Shown here: one piece after another, positions 37,983 to 46,595 of the stretch
Layout of the letters: each line of letters opens with the position of its first letter
How positions within the stretch are numbered: position 1 is the stretch's first letter
Assembly: GCA_964638495.1 (NCBI GenBank)
Contig: CAZXBM010000008.1
Coordinates: 18,343 to 82,342 of the forward strand
Reading direction: 5' to 3'
Source of the DNA: an uncultured Stakelama sp.
GTDB taxonomy: Bacteria > Pseudomonadota > Alphaproteobacteria > Sphingomonadales > Sphingomonadaceae
DNA: 64,000 nucleotides
Made by a program: the position numbers and the translations under genes
The notes under the pieces: model-generated
What the model saw: only the letters and a program-made list of their open reading frames with translations
The model's database searches: none
Told to the model about the DNA's origin: nothing

Positions 37983-39320
37983 TCATCGCAGCGCCTCCAG
38001 CGGCATTGGTACAGCCTGGGGTTCGGGCGGCAGATTGGCGGGAGTGTGCGGCGCTGCGTCATCGCCGCTGCGATTGAACCGGATATGGGTGATATCAGAT
38101 GGGAAAAACATCCCCCAAGTCCACTCGACGTAGAGCCTGACTTTCCGCCTGAAAGTCGGCAGCTGCGAGAGATAGTAAGCGCGCCAAAGCAACCACGCCG
38201 CGAGCCCCGACAGTTGGATTCCGCGAACCTGCGCGACGCCGCTTAGATGACCCGTGACCGCCATCGATCCGCGCGGGCGATAGCTAAAGGGCGGCGGCAC
38301 CTTTCCGGCAATCGCGTCGAGCAGCGCACCCGCAAGATGTTCGGCCTGGCGTACCGCGAATTGAGCGGTCGGTGGACAGGGCTTGCCGTCGATCGCATTG
38401 ATGACGTGCGCGCAATCCCCCATCGCCCATATGGCACGCATGCCTGCCACGCCGAGCGACTGCTCAACGGCGATCCTGCCGGCGATTGTCCGCAGCGAGA
38501 GGCGTTCGATCAGCGCATTGGGGGCAGTGCCGATCGTCGCCACGACGGTCGACGCATCGAGGCGCGACCCGTCGCCGAGCATCAGTCCTTCCGCATCGAT
38601 CGAAGTGGCCGATGCGCCGAGCCTGAAACGGACGCCGCGTCGGTGCAACGCAGCCATAGCCTTGGCGCCGAGCGCCACCGGTAAGTCCGGAAGCAATCGG
38701 GCGACATTGTGCACCAGACTGACGCGAAGCTCGGCAGGATCAACGCGGCTATAATAATGCGCGATGCTCTTGAGGCAGTCGATCAGGGCACCCGCAACCT
38801 CGACGCCGAAAAAGCCGCCGCCGATCACGACGAAGTGACCAAGCCGGGCACGTGCGAGGGGATCAGGTTCGAGCTCCATCATCGCCAGGCGACGCAGCAC
38901 GACGTTACGGATGTGAAGTGCGTCGCCCACCGTTTTCAAGGTCAGCGCATGTTCCGCCATCCCGGTAATCAGATCGAGGCGCGCACGATTGCCGAATGAG
39001 AACACGAGATGCTCAAAGTCGAATTCGCGCTCACCCGACAGGGTCGAGCAGGTCAATTTGCGCTCGGCAACGTTGACCGCCGTCACCGCGCCCATAACGA
39101 ACCTGCCGCCGCCCTTGGCACCGATGACTTCGCGTAACGGTGCGACGGCATGTTCTGGAAAGATCGAGGCTCCGACGACTTCCGAGAGCAACGGATTATA
39201 GGTGGTATAGCTCTCTTCACTGATCAGCATGACTTCCCAGTCGACCGGCACTCGGCCGATCAGGCGGCGCGCCAGGGTCGTCCCGGCAAAGCCTCCGCCG
39301 ACAATGACGATCCGTGGCAC
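37983..39320 (-). CDS. NDH-2-like NAD(P)/FAD-dependent oxidoreductase
   Basis: 445 aa: MPRIVIVGGGFAGT..., a second Rossmann motif VVIGGGFFGVE and a C-terminal membrane-anchor-like segment AAWLLWRAYYLSQLPTFRRKV. Confidence 0.8.
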   Translation of the reverse strand: MPRIVIVGGGFAGTTLARRLIGRVPVDWEVMLISEESYTTYNPLLSEVVGASIFPEHAVAPLREVIGAKGGGRFVMGAVTAVNVAERKLTCSTLSGEREFDFEHLVFSFGNRARLDLITGMAEHALTLKTVGDALHIRNVVLRRLAMMELEPDPLARARLGHFVVIGGGFFGVEVAGALIDCLKSIAHYYSRVDPAELRVSLVHNVARLLPDLPVALGAKAMAALHRRGVRFRLGASATSIDAEGLMLGDGSRLDASTVVATIGTAPNALIERLSLRTIAGRIAVEQSLGVAGMRAIWAMGDCAHVINAIDGKPCPPTAQFAVRQAEHLAGALLDAIAGKVPPPFSYRPRGSMAVTGHLSGVAQVRGIQLSGLAAWLLWRAYYLSQLPTFRRKVRLYVEWTWGMFFPSDITHIRFNRSGDDAAPHTPANLPPEPQAVPMPLEALR

Positions 39321-39326
39321 CGTGTT

Positions 39327-39827
39327 TTACTTGGTGACGCTGGATGCGATCGACGAAGAGACCTCGCTTGCCATCTTGAACGCAGCATCGCGGTCGGTAA
39401 TGCTGTAGCGGTCGGCGATGAACGCGAAATCGGTCCATGCGACCCACACGCTGCCATCGGCGTCCTGCGCGACGAGCATGCGCACCGGCCAATCCAGACC
39501 AGAAACCGCGTTCGACGTCAGGAACTGTACGCCAAGCGGCGGATTGCCGAAGATCAAGAGCTTGGACGGCCGGAGCGCAATCTTGGCACCGGCACCCAAT
39601 TGCGACTGGTCAATCTCGTCGAAGAAGCGAATGTCCTTTGCGGCGATGTCCGCTTTGATCCGCTTGACCGTCTCGTCGAACGGATAGTGGCTCTTGACCC
39701 GCAAAACGCCTTTGGCAGGCGCGGTCGCGAGTGCCGGCGCGTCGGTCTGAGCGGATGCGGGCATCGCAACGCATGCCAGCAGTGCCACGCCAGTCAGGCG
39801 CGTGAGGGTCGAAAACATGGTCGTCAT
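39327..39827 (-). CDS. DUF302 domain protein with signal peptide
   Basis: 166 aa with signal MTTMFSTLTRLTGVALLACVAMPASAQ. The core LLIFGNPPLGVQFLTSNAVSGLDWPVRMLVAQDADGSVWVAWTD matches DUF302. Confidence 0.8.
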   Translation of the reverse strand: MTTMFSTLTRLTGVALLACVAMPASAQTDAPALATAPAKGVLRVKSHYPFDETVKRIKADIAAKDIRFFDEIDQSQLGAGAKIALRPSKLLIFGNPPLGVQFLTSNAVSGLDWPVRMLVAQDADGSVWVAWTDFAFIADRYSITDRDAAFKMASEVSSSIASSVTK

Positions 39828-40984
39828 CCTTCCTTAATCATTGTTCCGGCTTCGGCCTCATGCAGGATGAGGCCTTCCATTGGGTCGAACTCGTGCGTCC
39901 AGGGCTTCTGCGCGAGGACGCGAACGGTGTCGGCATAGCCGGCCGCCCACCGCGCCGAGATGCCTTCAGCGCTGAAATCGATGTCCTTGCTATGATCCTC
40001 GCCAGCCAGCGGCGGTGCGAGCAGCCGAACGACATGCATGCGGGTCAGGCAACCGTATCCCGCAAGGCCGGGCACTTCGGCCCGCTGTTCGTCTGTCAGT
40101 TTTCCGGCGAGCTCTGCGATGACGTGGCGCAGCTTGTGGATCTGCTTTTGCCGCAGAATGTGGGCGGACGCGCGACTGGCATAGGTCAGGTCCTTCTGGC
40201 GGCTGAGCACACGCTGGATGCTGTCGGGCTCGGGGCCACTTGGGCTCCAGATGTGCACGGCGAAGACCAGGCCCGAGCGGCGTGGATTATCATCGAACAC
40301 CGCCTCCACCGGCGTGTTGGAAAGGATGCCGCCATCCCAGTATAATTCGCCATCAATGCGCACCGCTGGAAAAGCCGGCGGCAGTGCGCCCGACGCCATG
40401 ATGTGCCGTACCGACAAGGGTCCGTCGCGGCTGTCGAAATAGCGCATTTCGCCCGACTGGACATTTGCGGCTCCGACGGTCAGCCGGGTCGAGCAGGATT
40501 GCAAGAGTTCGGTGTCGATCAGTTCGTTCAACGTCTTGTCGAGCGGTGCAGTCGAATAGAACCCAGTCGCTTCCGGCGCGAGGGAGAGCCAGCCCGTCAT
40601 CATCGCCCAAGGGTTAGGCTCGAAAAACCCCTTCACCCCGGACGTTGCTGTCATTGCATTGGCGGCGAATGGGCCCCAGCCTGGTATCGCCGACGCCATC
40701 TGCGTAAGCGCGCCGTGGCGCATACGCGTCCAGAATTCCTGCAACCGCGGCAGGCGGTTCTCGGGCTTGTTACCCGCGATGATTCCAGCGTTGATCGCAC
40801 CGATTGATGTGCCGATCACCCAGTCGGGTTCGATTCCCGCCTCGTCGAGCGCCTGATAGACGCCGGCTTGGTAGGCACCAAGTGCGCCACCGCCTTGCAA
40901 TACCAGTACGACCTGACCGAGCTTCGACTTGTCGAACTTTGGCGGTGGCGGTGTCGTGTGGTCTGTCATTTCAGGCATAATCAA
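39824..40984 (-). CDS. patatin-like phospholipase/esterase
   Basis: 386 aa with oxyanion motif LQGGGALGAY, nucleophile elbow GTSIG and catalytic Asp context YWDGGILSN. The stop overlaps the DUF302 start by 4 nt. Confidence 0.85.
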   Translation of the reverse strand: MIMPEMTDHTTPPPPKFDKSKLGQVVLVLQGGGALGAYQAGVYQALDEAGIEPDWVIGTSIGAINAGIIAGNKPENRLPRLQEFWTRMRHGALTQMASAIPGWGPFAANAMTATSGVKGFFEPNPWAMMTGWLSLAPEATGFYSTAPLDKTLNELIDTELLQSCSTRLTVGAANVQSGEMRYFDSRDGPLSVRHIMASGALPPAFPAVRIDGELYWDGGILSNTPVEAVFDDNPRRSGLVFAVHIWSPSGPEPDSIQRVLSRQKDLTYASRASAHILRQKQIHKLRHVIAELAGKLTDEQRAEVPGLAGYGCLTRMHVVRLLAPPLAGEDHSKDIDFSAEGISARWAAGYADTVRVLAQKPWTHEFDPMEGLILHEAEAGTMIKEG

Positions 40985-41005
40985 TCCTTGTAAAACAGTG
41001 CTGTG

Positions 41006-41485
41006 TCAGACGCGGCGCAGCGATGACCGCGCCAGACAAAAGGACGCTGCGAGCAGCACCAGATCCTTGAGCAGGAACTGCCCGGGGGCGACCGAGATCG
41101 CTGGAAAACCGCCCAGGCTGGTCTCGGCAACGCCCGGGGTGGTTGCAAAGAAAGTCAGCGTCACGAAAAACGTCATGCACGCCATGGCCGCCCCGACGAA
41201 CGAAAGCGCGCCGATGAAGCTGCCACCCGCCAGTGCCGCCGCCGTTGCGAGCTCGACGGTGCCAATGAGGTTGCTGGTGCCTTGCACGCCGAATGCCGGC
41301 ATCAGCCAGCTCGTCAGCGGATTATGAGAGACCAGCGGAGCGATCCCCATCGCCTCATAGCCAGTGAATTTCATGGCGCCGAACCACAGGAAGATGACGA
41401 CCAGCGCCCATCGCAAGGCGGCAATCGCGGTTCGCGAGTCCGCCGCGCCTTCGGCAATTTGCAATTGATACTGCCCGATCTTCAT
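41006..41485 (-). CDS. DUF417 (YkgB/RclC-family) inner membrane protein
   Basis: 159 aa. VVIFLWFGAMKFTGYEAMGIAPLVSHNPL is the DUF417 signature region. Four hydrophobic segments. Confidence 0.8.
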   Translation of the reverse strand: MKIGQYQLQIAEGAADSRTAIAALRWALVVIFLWFGAMKFTGYEAMGIAPLVSHNPLTSWLMPAFGVQGTSNLIGTVELATAAALAGGSFIGALSFVGAAMACMTFFVTLTFFATTPGVAETSLGGFPAISVAPGQFLLKDLVLLAASFCLARSSLRRV

Positions 41486-41545
41486 CGATCTTTTTCCTTG
41501 AAATTCAAATGCGGTCGCGCGCCACGAGGGGCTACGGATCAGCTA

Positions 41546-42376
41546 TTAGTGTGCGGTCCAACCGCCATCGACCGGGATGGCCGTGCCAGTGATCGACCCA
41601 GCGGCATCGCCCGACAGGAACACGGTCAGCGCGCCGATTTCCTCGACCGTGGCGAAGCGCTTGTTTGGCTGCTGCGCTAGCAACACATCGCGGATGACGC
41701 TTTCGCGGCTGATCCCGTGCGCCTTGGCCTGGGCATCGATCTGCGCCTCGACTAGCGGCGTCGCGACATAGCCTGGGCAGATCGCGTTACAGGTGATCGG
41801 CTGTTCGGCACATTCGAGCGCGACAGTCTTCGTCAGCCCGACAATGCCGTGCTTGGCGGCGACATAGGCGCTCTTGAATGGCGACGCGACAAGTCCATGG
41901 GCCGAGGCGACGTTGATGATCCGCCCAAAGCCCTGCGCGCGCATCGTTGGCAAAGCGGTGCGGATCGTATGGAAAGCCGAACTCAGGTTGATCGCCAGGA
42001 TCGCATCCCATTTCTGCGTTGGGAATTCCTCGATCGGCGCGACGTGCTGAATGCCGGCATTGTTGACGAGGATGTCGAGCCGACCATAAGCGGAAATGGT
42101 TTCCGCAACCATGGCCGCCGTCGCCTCTGGCGAACTCATGTCGGCGTCGGAATAGCTCGCGGTCACACCAAAATCGCGCTCAATCGCTTCTTTCGATGCG
42201 GCAATTTCGTCGCGGTCGCCAAAACCGTTCAGCACCACCGATGCACCCGCCGCGGCAAGGGCTCTGGCGACACCAAGGCCGATGCCGCTCGTCGATCCGG
42301 TCACCAGGGCGACCTTCATCGCCAGCGGGCGTAGGAGGTCGGTAACAACCAATTCCGGGTTACCCTGCGCGTTCAT
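41546..42376 (-). CDS. bdhA: 3-hydroxybutyrate dehydrogenase (SDR)
   Basis: KVALVTGSTSGIGLGVA...NNAGIQHVAPIEEFP...SAYVAAKHGIVGLTK...CPGYVATPLVEAQI...DGGWTAH. The start is either 42376 (4-nt overlap with the phasin stop) or the internal ATG at 42319. Confidence 0.85.
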   Translation of the reverse strand: MNAQGNPELVVTDLLRPLAMKVALVTGSTSGIGLGVARALAAAGASVVLNGFGDRDEIAASKEAIERDFGVTASYSDADMSSPEATAAMVAETISAYGRLDILVNNAGIQHVAPIEEFPTQKWDAILAINLSSAFHTIRTALPTMRAQGFGRIINVASAHGLVASPFKSAYVAAKHGIVGLTKTVALECAEQPITCNAICPGYVATPLVEAQIDAQAKAHGISRESVIRDVLLAQQPNKRFATVEEIGALTVFLSGDAAGSITGTAIPVDGGWTAH

Positions 42377-42807
42377 TGGTCATCGCCGCGCGGCTTTACG
42401 CTGTCCATCGAGACGGCCAGCGACTCGCGTGCCGTGTTGATCATGACCTGCGACAATTTGGTCATCTCGGCCATCGCCGCCTCCATCTGCTGGCGCGAAA
42501 AATCGGCCTGCATCTTGAGCAAGTCGCCAGGCGAGGTGACCGCCGTCATCGCTTGCAGCGCATTGGTCGTGCGTTCGGCGCTGGCGCGCGAAAACGCCGC
42601 AAGCTCAGTTGTCATCGTCTCGAAGCTCCGGACCGCACCTTGTGCGACGCTCAGCATCGTTTCCATGTTCTGGCGGGTCATGCCGGCAACCGCTTCGATC
42701 GATCGAAGCCCGATTTCGGCGGCGTCGCGGGTCGGGGCAGCCGGCGCGGATGCTGGCATCGGTTCAGAACTTTGTTTGGGGCGATCGGCCATCGGTGCAT
42801 CCTTCAA
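42373..42807 (-). CDS. phasin-family (PHA granule-associated) protein
   Basis: 144 aa, Ala/Met/Glu-rich and predicted all-helical. The pattern (...QNMETMLSVAQGAVRSFETMTTELAAFSRASAERTTNALQAM...LKMQADFSRQQMEA) resembles Phasin_2 proteins. The adjacent bdhA supports the context. Confidence 0.6.
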   Translation of the reverse strand: MKDAPMADRPKQSSEPMPASAPAAPTRDAAEIGLRSIEAVAGMTRQNMETMLSVAQGAVRSFETMTTELAAFSRASAERTTNALQAMTAVTSPGDLLKMQADFSRQQMEAAMAEMTKLSQVMINTARESLAVSMDSVKPRGDDQ

Positions 42808-42848
42808 TTTGGGTTGCCGTCATATTTCGCATCGGCCGTCCCGCGTCG

Positions 42849-42909
42849 AATACCGCTTCGCTAATGGTTTGATAGCGCACGGCTATCGAACCATTAGCGA
42901 AGCGGTATT
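42849..42909. repeat. 61-nt near-perfect palindrome in the divergent phasin / cupin intergenic region
   Basis: AATACCGCTTCGCTAATGGTT (42849-42869) and its exact reverse complement (42889-42909) flank an inner GATAGC-gcacg-GCTATC hairpin. 27 of 28 possible pairs form. It lies 42-102 nt upstream of the phasin ATG. Confidence 0.9.
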
Positions 42910-42980
42910 TCCTTCTGAGGTCATGAACCGGCATTGAAACGCGTGTTGGCTGACCGCGTCAGCGTCGAAGGAGAAATCAT

Positions 42981-43448
42981 GTGACGACCAAGCTATACCT
43001 GCTCGCGGCGGCCGCTGTTGCCGCTGCCGCTATACCGGGCATCGCCCAGGCCGGTCAGTGCCCGGCGGGCAAATCGGGCGTCAATTTGCGCCCCGAGAAC
43101 AAGACGCCCGCCAAAGGCGTCACCGACACTGTACTGACAACGATCGATGTCGCCAGCGAGCCGGCGGCGATTGCCGGACGCAGCTTCAGAATGCGCCGTC
43201 TTGTCATCCAGCCCGGCGGCGTCGTGCCGTGGCACAGCCATGGCGAACGCCCGGCGATCATCTATGTCGTACAGGGCACCGTGACGGAATATGCCAGCAG
43301 CTGCTCCGCGCCGATCGTTCACCGCGCCGGTGAATCGACCCCCGAGCTGCACACTACCTCGCATTGGTGGAAGAACACCGGCAAGGGTGTCGCGATCCTG
43401 CTATCGTCCGACCTGCTCAAGGTCGGCGAAGACGGCCACATGATGTGA
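42981..43448 (+). CDS. secreted cupin-domain protein
   Basis: GTG start preceded by AAGGAGA. Signal peptide MTTKLYLLAAAAVAAAAIPGIAQA. The cupin core reads PGGVVPWHSHGERPAIIYVVQG...HWW. Confidence 0.65.
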   Translation: MTTKLYLLAAAAVAAAAIPGIAQAGQCPAGKSGVNLRPENKTPAKGVTDTVLTTIDVASEPAAIAGRSFRMRRLVIQPGGVVPWHSHGERPAIIYVVQGTVTEYASSCSAPIVHRAGESTPELHTTSHWWKNTGKGVAILLSSDLLKVGEDGHMM

Positions 43449-43476
43449 GCGCGACGGCAGCGGAGGTTTATCAACA

Positions 43477-44649
43477 ATGACGTCCGCTGCCGCCCACGCG
43501 CGCCTGCGCGCGCTAATCATCGGGCTCACCGCGTTTTTCACGGTGGTCGATCTGTTCGCGACGCAGGCGATCCTGCCGATCCTCGCCCACGCGTACCGCG
43601 TCACACCAGCGGCGATGAGCGTCGCGGTCAACGCCAGCACGCTCGGCATGGCGATCGCCGGGCTGCTGGTGGCGCTGTTCAGTCAGCATATCGACCGGCG
43701 GATCGGGATCGTCGCGAGCCTCGTGTTGCTCGCCATCCCGACGGCTTTGCTCGCACACGCGCCCGACCTGACCATCTTCAGCTGGCTACGCATTGCGCAA
43801 GGGCTGTGCATGTCGACCGCTTTTTCGCTGATGCTGGCCTATCTCGGCGAGCATTGTAGCGCCGAGGATCAGGCAGGTGCCTTCGCCGCCTATATCACCG
43901 GCAACGTCGCCAGCAATCTGGTCGGCCGCTTCATCGCGGCCGCCGTGGCTGGCGATCTGGGGCTGGCGACGAACTTTTATTTGTTCGCCGGCCTCAACCT
44001 GCTCGGCGCGGCGCTTGCCTGGGGTACCATCCAGCAAGCGCCGATGATGGCGCGCGCCGAACCACGCATGACGACGCCGCTCGGCCAGCGGCTGCGGGGT
44101 CTGACGACACCACCGCTGCTTGCCGGGTTCGGCGTCGGGTTCTGTATTTTGTTCGCGTTCATCGGCGTGTTCACCTTCGTGAACTTCGTGCTCGTCCGCC
44201 CGCCGCTCGCGCTCGGCATGATGAACGTCGGGCTGGTCTATTGCGTGTTCATACCCTCGATTCTGCTGACCCCCCAGGCGGGTCGCGTTGCAGCGCGGTT
44301 CGGCACGCGCACCGCGCTGATCGCTGGGCTGGGGACCGCCGCGCTCGGTCTGCCGCTGCTCGTCACGGGGCAGCTTGTGTTGGTCCTCGCCGGGATGACG
44401 CTGGTCGGTGCGGGCACGTTCTTTGCACAGGCAACGGCAACCGGGTTTGTCAGTCGCGCAGCGAGCGACCGCGCTGCGGCCAGCGGCGTCTATCTCGCCG
44501 CGTATTTCACCGGCGGGTTAACGGGCACCGCGATTCTCGGTGCGGTATTCGATCGCTTCGGCTGGGGTGCGTGCATCGTCGGCGTTGCCTTGGCGCTGGC
44601 GCTCGCGACCCTGCTCGGCACCCGTCTGCGGCTAGCGCAGGTGCAATAG
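43477..44649 (+). CDS. MFS transporter
   Basis: 390 aa with 12 hydrophobic segments and a typical MFS loop 2-3 region. 28 nt downstream of the cupin gene. Confidence 0.85.
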   Translation: MTSAAAHARLRALIIGLTAFFTVVDLFATQAILPILAHAYRVTPAAMSVAVNASTLGMAIAGLLVALFSQHIDRRIGIVASLVLLAIPTALLAHAPDLTIFSWLRIAQGLCMSTAFSLMLAYLGEHCSAEDQAGAFAAYITGNVASNLVGRFIAAAVAGDLGLATNFYLFAGLNLLGAALAWGTIQQAPMMARAEPRMTTPLGQRLRGLTTPPLLAGFGVGFCILFAFIGVFTFVNFVLVRPPLALGMMNVGLVYCVFIPSILLTPQAGRVAARFGTRTALIAGLGTAALGLPLLVTGQLVLVLAGMTLVGAGTFFAQATATGFVSRAASDRAAASGVYLAAYFTGGLTGTAILGAVFDRFGWGACIVGVALALALATLLGTRLRLAQVQ

Positions 44650-45573
44650 CTCGCGGGCCTTGTCGGTCCAGCGCTGTCGCGTCGCCCGTTCGCGGCGCTC
44701 CGGCCACATGAAACTGCGTGCCTCCGCAACGAAAGCTCCCACCGCCGGCGAGTGCGGTCGCCCGCGCACCGTCACGAGCTGAATCCGCCGCGTGAAATGC
44801 GGATCGACCAGCGGCCGGGTTACCAAGGCGGGATCCGTAACGCTAAATTCCGGGAAGAAACCGAAACCGAGCTCGGCCTTGATCATGCCCTGAACCCAAT
44901 CGTCGCGTTCGCTCGAGAAGACCTGACGGGTTTTTACGCCGCGTTCAAGCAACTCGCTGCGCGCGAAATCCAGATATTCGCAGTTCGTCCGATTAACGTA
45001 CGCCTCGCCGTGCAAATCGGCACCGCGCACCGTCTCCAAGGCGGCCAGACGGTGATTCCGCGCGACCGCGACGACGAAGTCTTCCTCGAACAATTCGAGC
45101 GCGTGGAAGCGGTCGTCGAGCCCACCCGGCGCTGCAAAAAGCGCCAATGTCAAGTCGCCAGTGATCAGCATGTCGGTCAGCGATTGCGCGGTGCAGTCAC
45201 TGACGACGAATTCAACACCTGGGTTATCCATGCGAAATTTGATGATCAGATCGGAAATGATCGCCGGTCCAACCGTGCACATGGCTCCGATCTTGAGCGG
45301 TGCCATGTCCAGCTTGCCGTACGCCAGCGCATGTCTCTTCGCCTCCGCCGCCTGACCCGCAACCGCGGTCAAATACGGCTCCATGATCCGGCCAAGCTCG
45401 GTGAGGTGCGTATTGCCGCGTTCGCGGTTGAACAGCGGGCCACCAAACTCGCTTTCGAGCATCTGAATCGCGCGGGTCAGTGACGGTTGGCTGACGTTGC
45501 ACAGCTCTGCCGCCCGTGTGAAATTGAGCGTGTCCTTCACCGCGATGAAGTACCGGACCTGCTGCATTTCCAT
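44632..45573 (-). CDS. LysR-family transcriptional regulator
   Basis: 313 aa. The N-terminal wHTH reads MEMQQVRYFIAVKDTLNFTRAAELCNVSQPSLTRAIQMLE, followed by a LysR substrate-binding domain. Convergent with the MFS gene and overlaps it by 18 nt. Confidence 0.9.
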   Translation of the reverse strand: MEMQQVRYFIAVKDTLNFTRAAELCNVSQPSLTRAIQMLESEFGGPLFNRERGNTHLTELGRIMEPYLTAVAGQAAEAKRHALAYGKLDMAPLKIGAMCTVGPAIISDLIIKFRMDNPGVEFVVSDCTAQSLTDMLITGDLTLALFAAPGGLDDRFHALELFEEDFVVAVARNHRLAALETVRGADLHGEAYVNRTNCEYLDFARSELLERGVKTRQVFSSERDDWVQGMIKAELGFGFFPEFSVTDPALVTRPLVDPHFTRRIQLVTVRGRPHSPAVGAFVAEARSFMWPERRERATRQRWTDKARELLHLR

Positions 45574-45998
45574 CGTTATCGTCCCCGGGTATCGCTCTTA
45601 ATTATATTGCTCTGTTTTGCAAAGTGCCCGAGCGCCCTAGCCGCCGTCGGTCGGACCCGGGCAGACGTATGCTACTCCAGCGATCCTTATGCCTCATATT
45701 GCGGCTGCTGGGGAGAGACCCTTTAGCTACCGATTCAATAGCCTCAAGCTATATGGCAGCGCACGATAGTACGAAAACCACATTGAACATAAGGGATTAA
45801 GCATCTTCCCTATGCCTCAACGTTCGTGACAGACAGCGCTCAAACTTCAGATCTTGGGGTCACGAGCGACCGATCTGTCTTACGCTGACGCCGCGCAGCC
45901 TCGAAATCGCAGGACTCAGATTTCGACATCCACGACGAGCTGTCCGTATCTCGGAACCAGACGCTCATTCATTGATGATTTTGGACGAGCTTGGTCGA

Positions 45999-46595
45999 TT
46001 ACGCATCGACAGCAATTGATTTTGGTTCCGAAAAAATATCACACTCGGGACAGTCCGTCGACCTAAAGCCTTCAAGATCACTGACGCAGTTGATGTTAGA
46101 CAACTCAGAGGTTTCATCGATCGGACGCGCAGAACAGCGCGCCACCCAACTAGATAACGAGCGCGCCCCACTGTCGATGTGCCGGGTCAGAAGCGGTCCG
46201 CATTGGACGGGCCAGTATCCGATCAAATATTGGTGGCACAGGACTGCCGGTTTCGGCCCAGCGAGACGCTTTCCGAGGTCAAGAGGAAGTGGCAACGTAT
46301 CAACCGGTGCCGACAGAACGCCATCGAAGCCGCGTTGCGAAGCAAAGCGCAACGCGGTTTCCAGTCCTGCCAATGGGCCGATCCGGCCTTCGCGAAGGTC
46401 AGCCAGCATGTGGGTCTCGGGCCAAGTGTGGCCGCAAATGACGAGCATATCTACCTGCGGTTTCAGCGCATCGATGACATGCGCGATCATCGGTCGGCCA
46501 TCAACGAGCGCGACCGCCTTGTCGCTGCCAAACCGCAACGACCGACCACCAGCGATGATTGCACCGAGCGTGCGTGGCCGGTCCGTCCTGGCCAT
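45999..46595 (-). CDS. mobA: molybdenum cofactor guanylyltransferase
   Basis: 198 aa. GAIIAGGRSLRFGSDKA...DGRPMI...GPLAGLETAL...VLSAPVDTLPLP are MobA motifs. The start overlaps the moeA stop. Confidence 0.8.
   Translation of the reverse strand: MARTDRPRTLGAIIAGGRSLRFGSDKAVALVDGRPMIAHVIDALKPQVDMLVICGHTWPETHMLADLREGRIGPLAGLETALRFASQRGFDGVLSAPVDTLPLPLDLGKRLAGPKPAVLCHQYLIGYWPVQCGPLLTRHIDSGARSLSSWVARCSARPIDETSELSNINCVSDLEGFRSTDCPECDIFSEPKSIAVDA

Noticed and set aside
45574-45998. 425-nt lower-GC gap upstream of the LysR gene, examined for a divergent target gene or RNA
   Set aside because: There are only short ORFs without motifs (45854..46066) and no notable repeats or hairpins. The LysR regulator therefore has no obvious divergent partner here.
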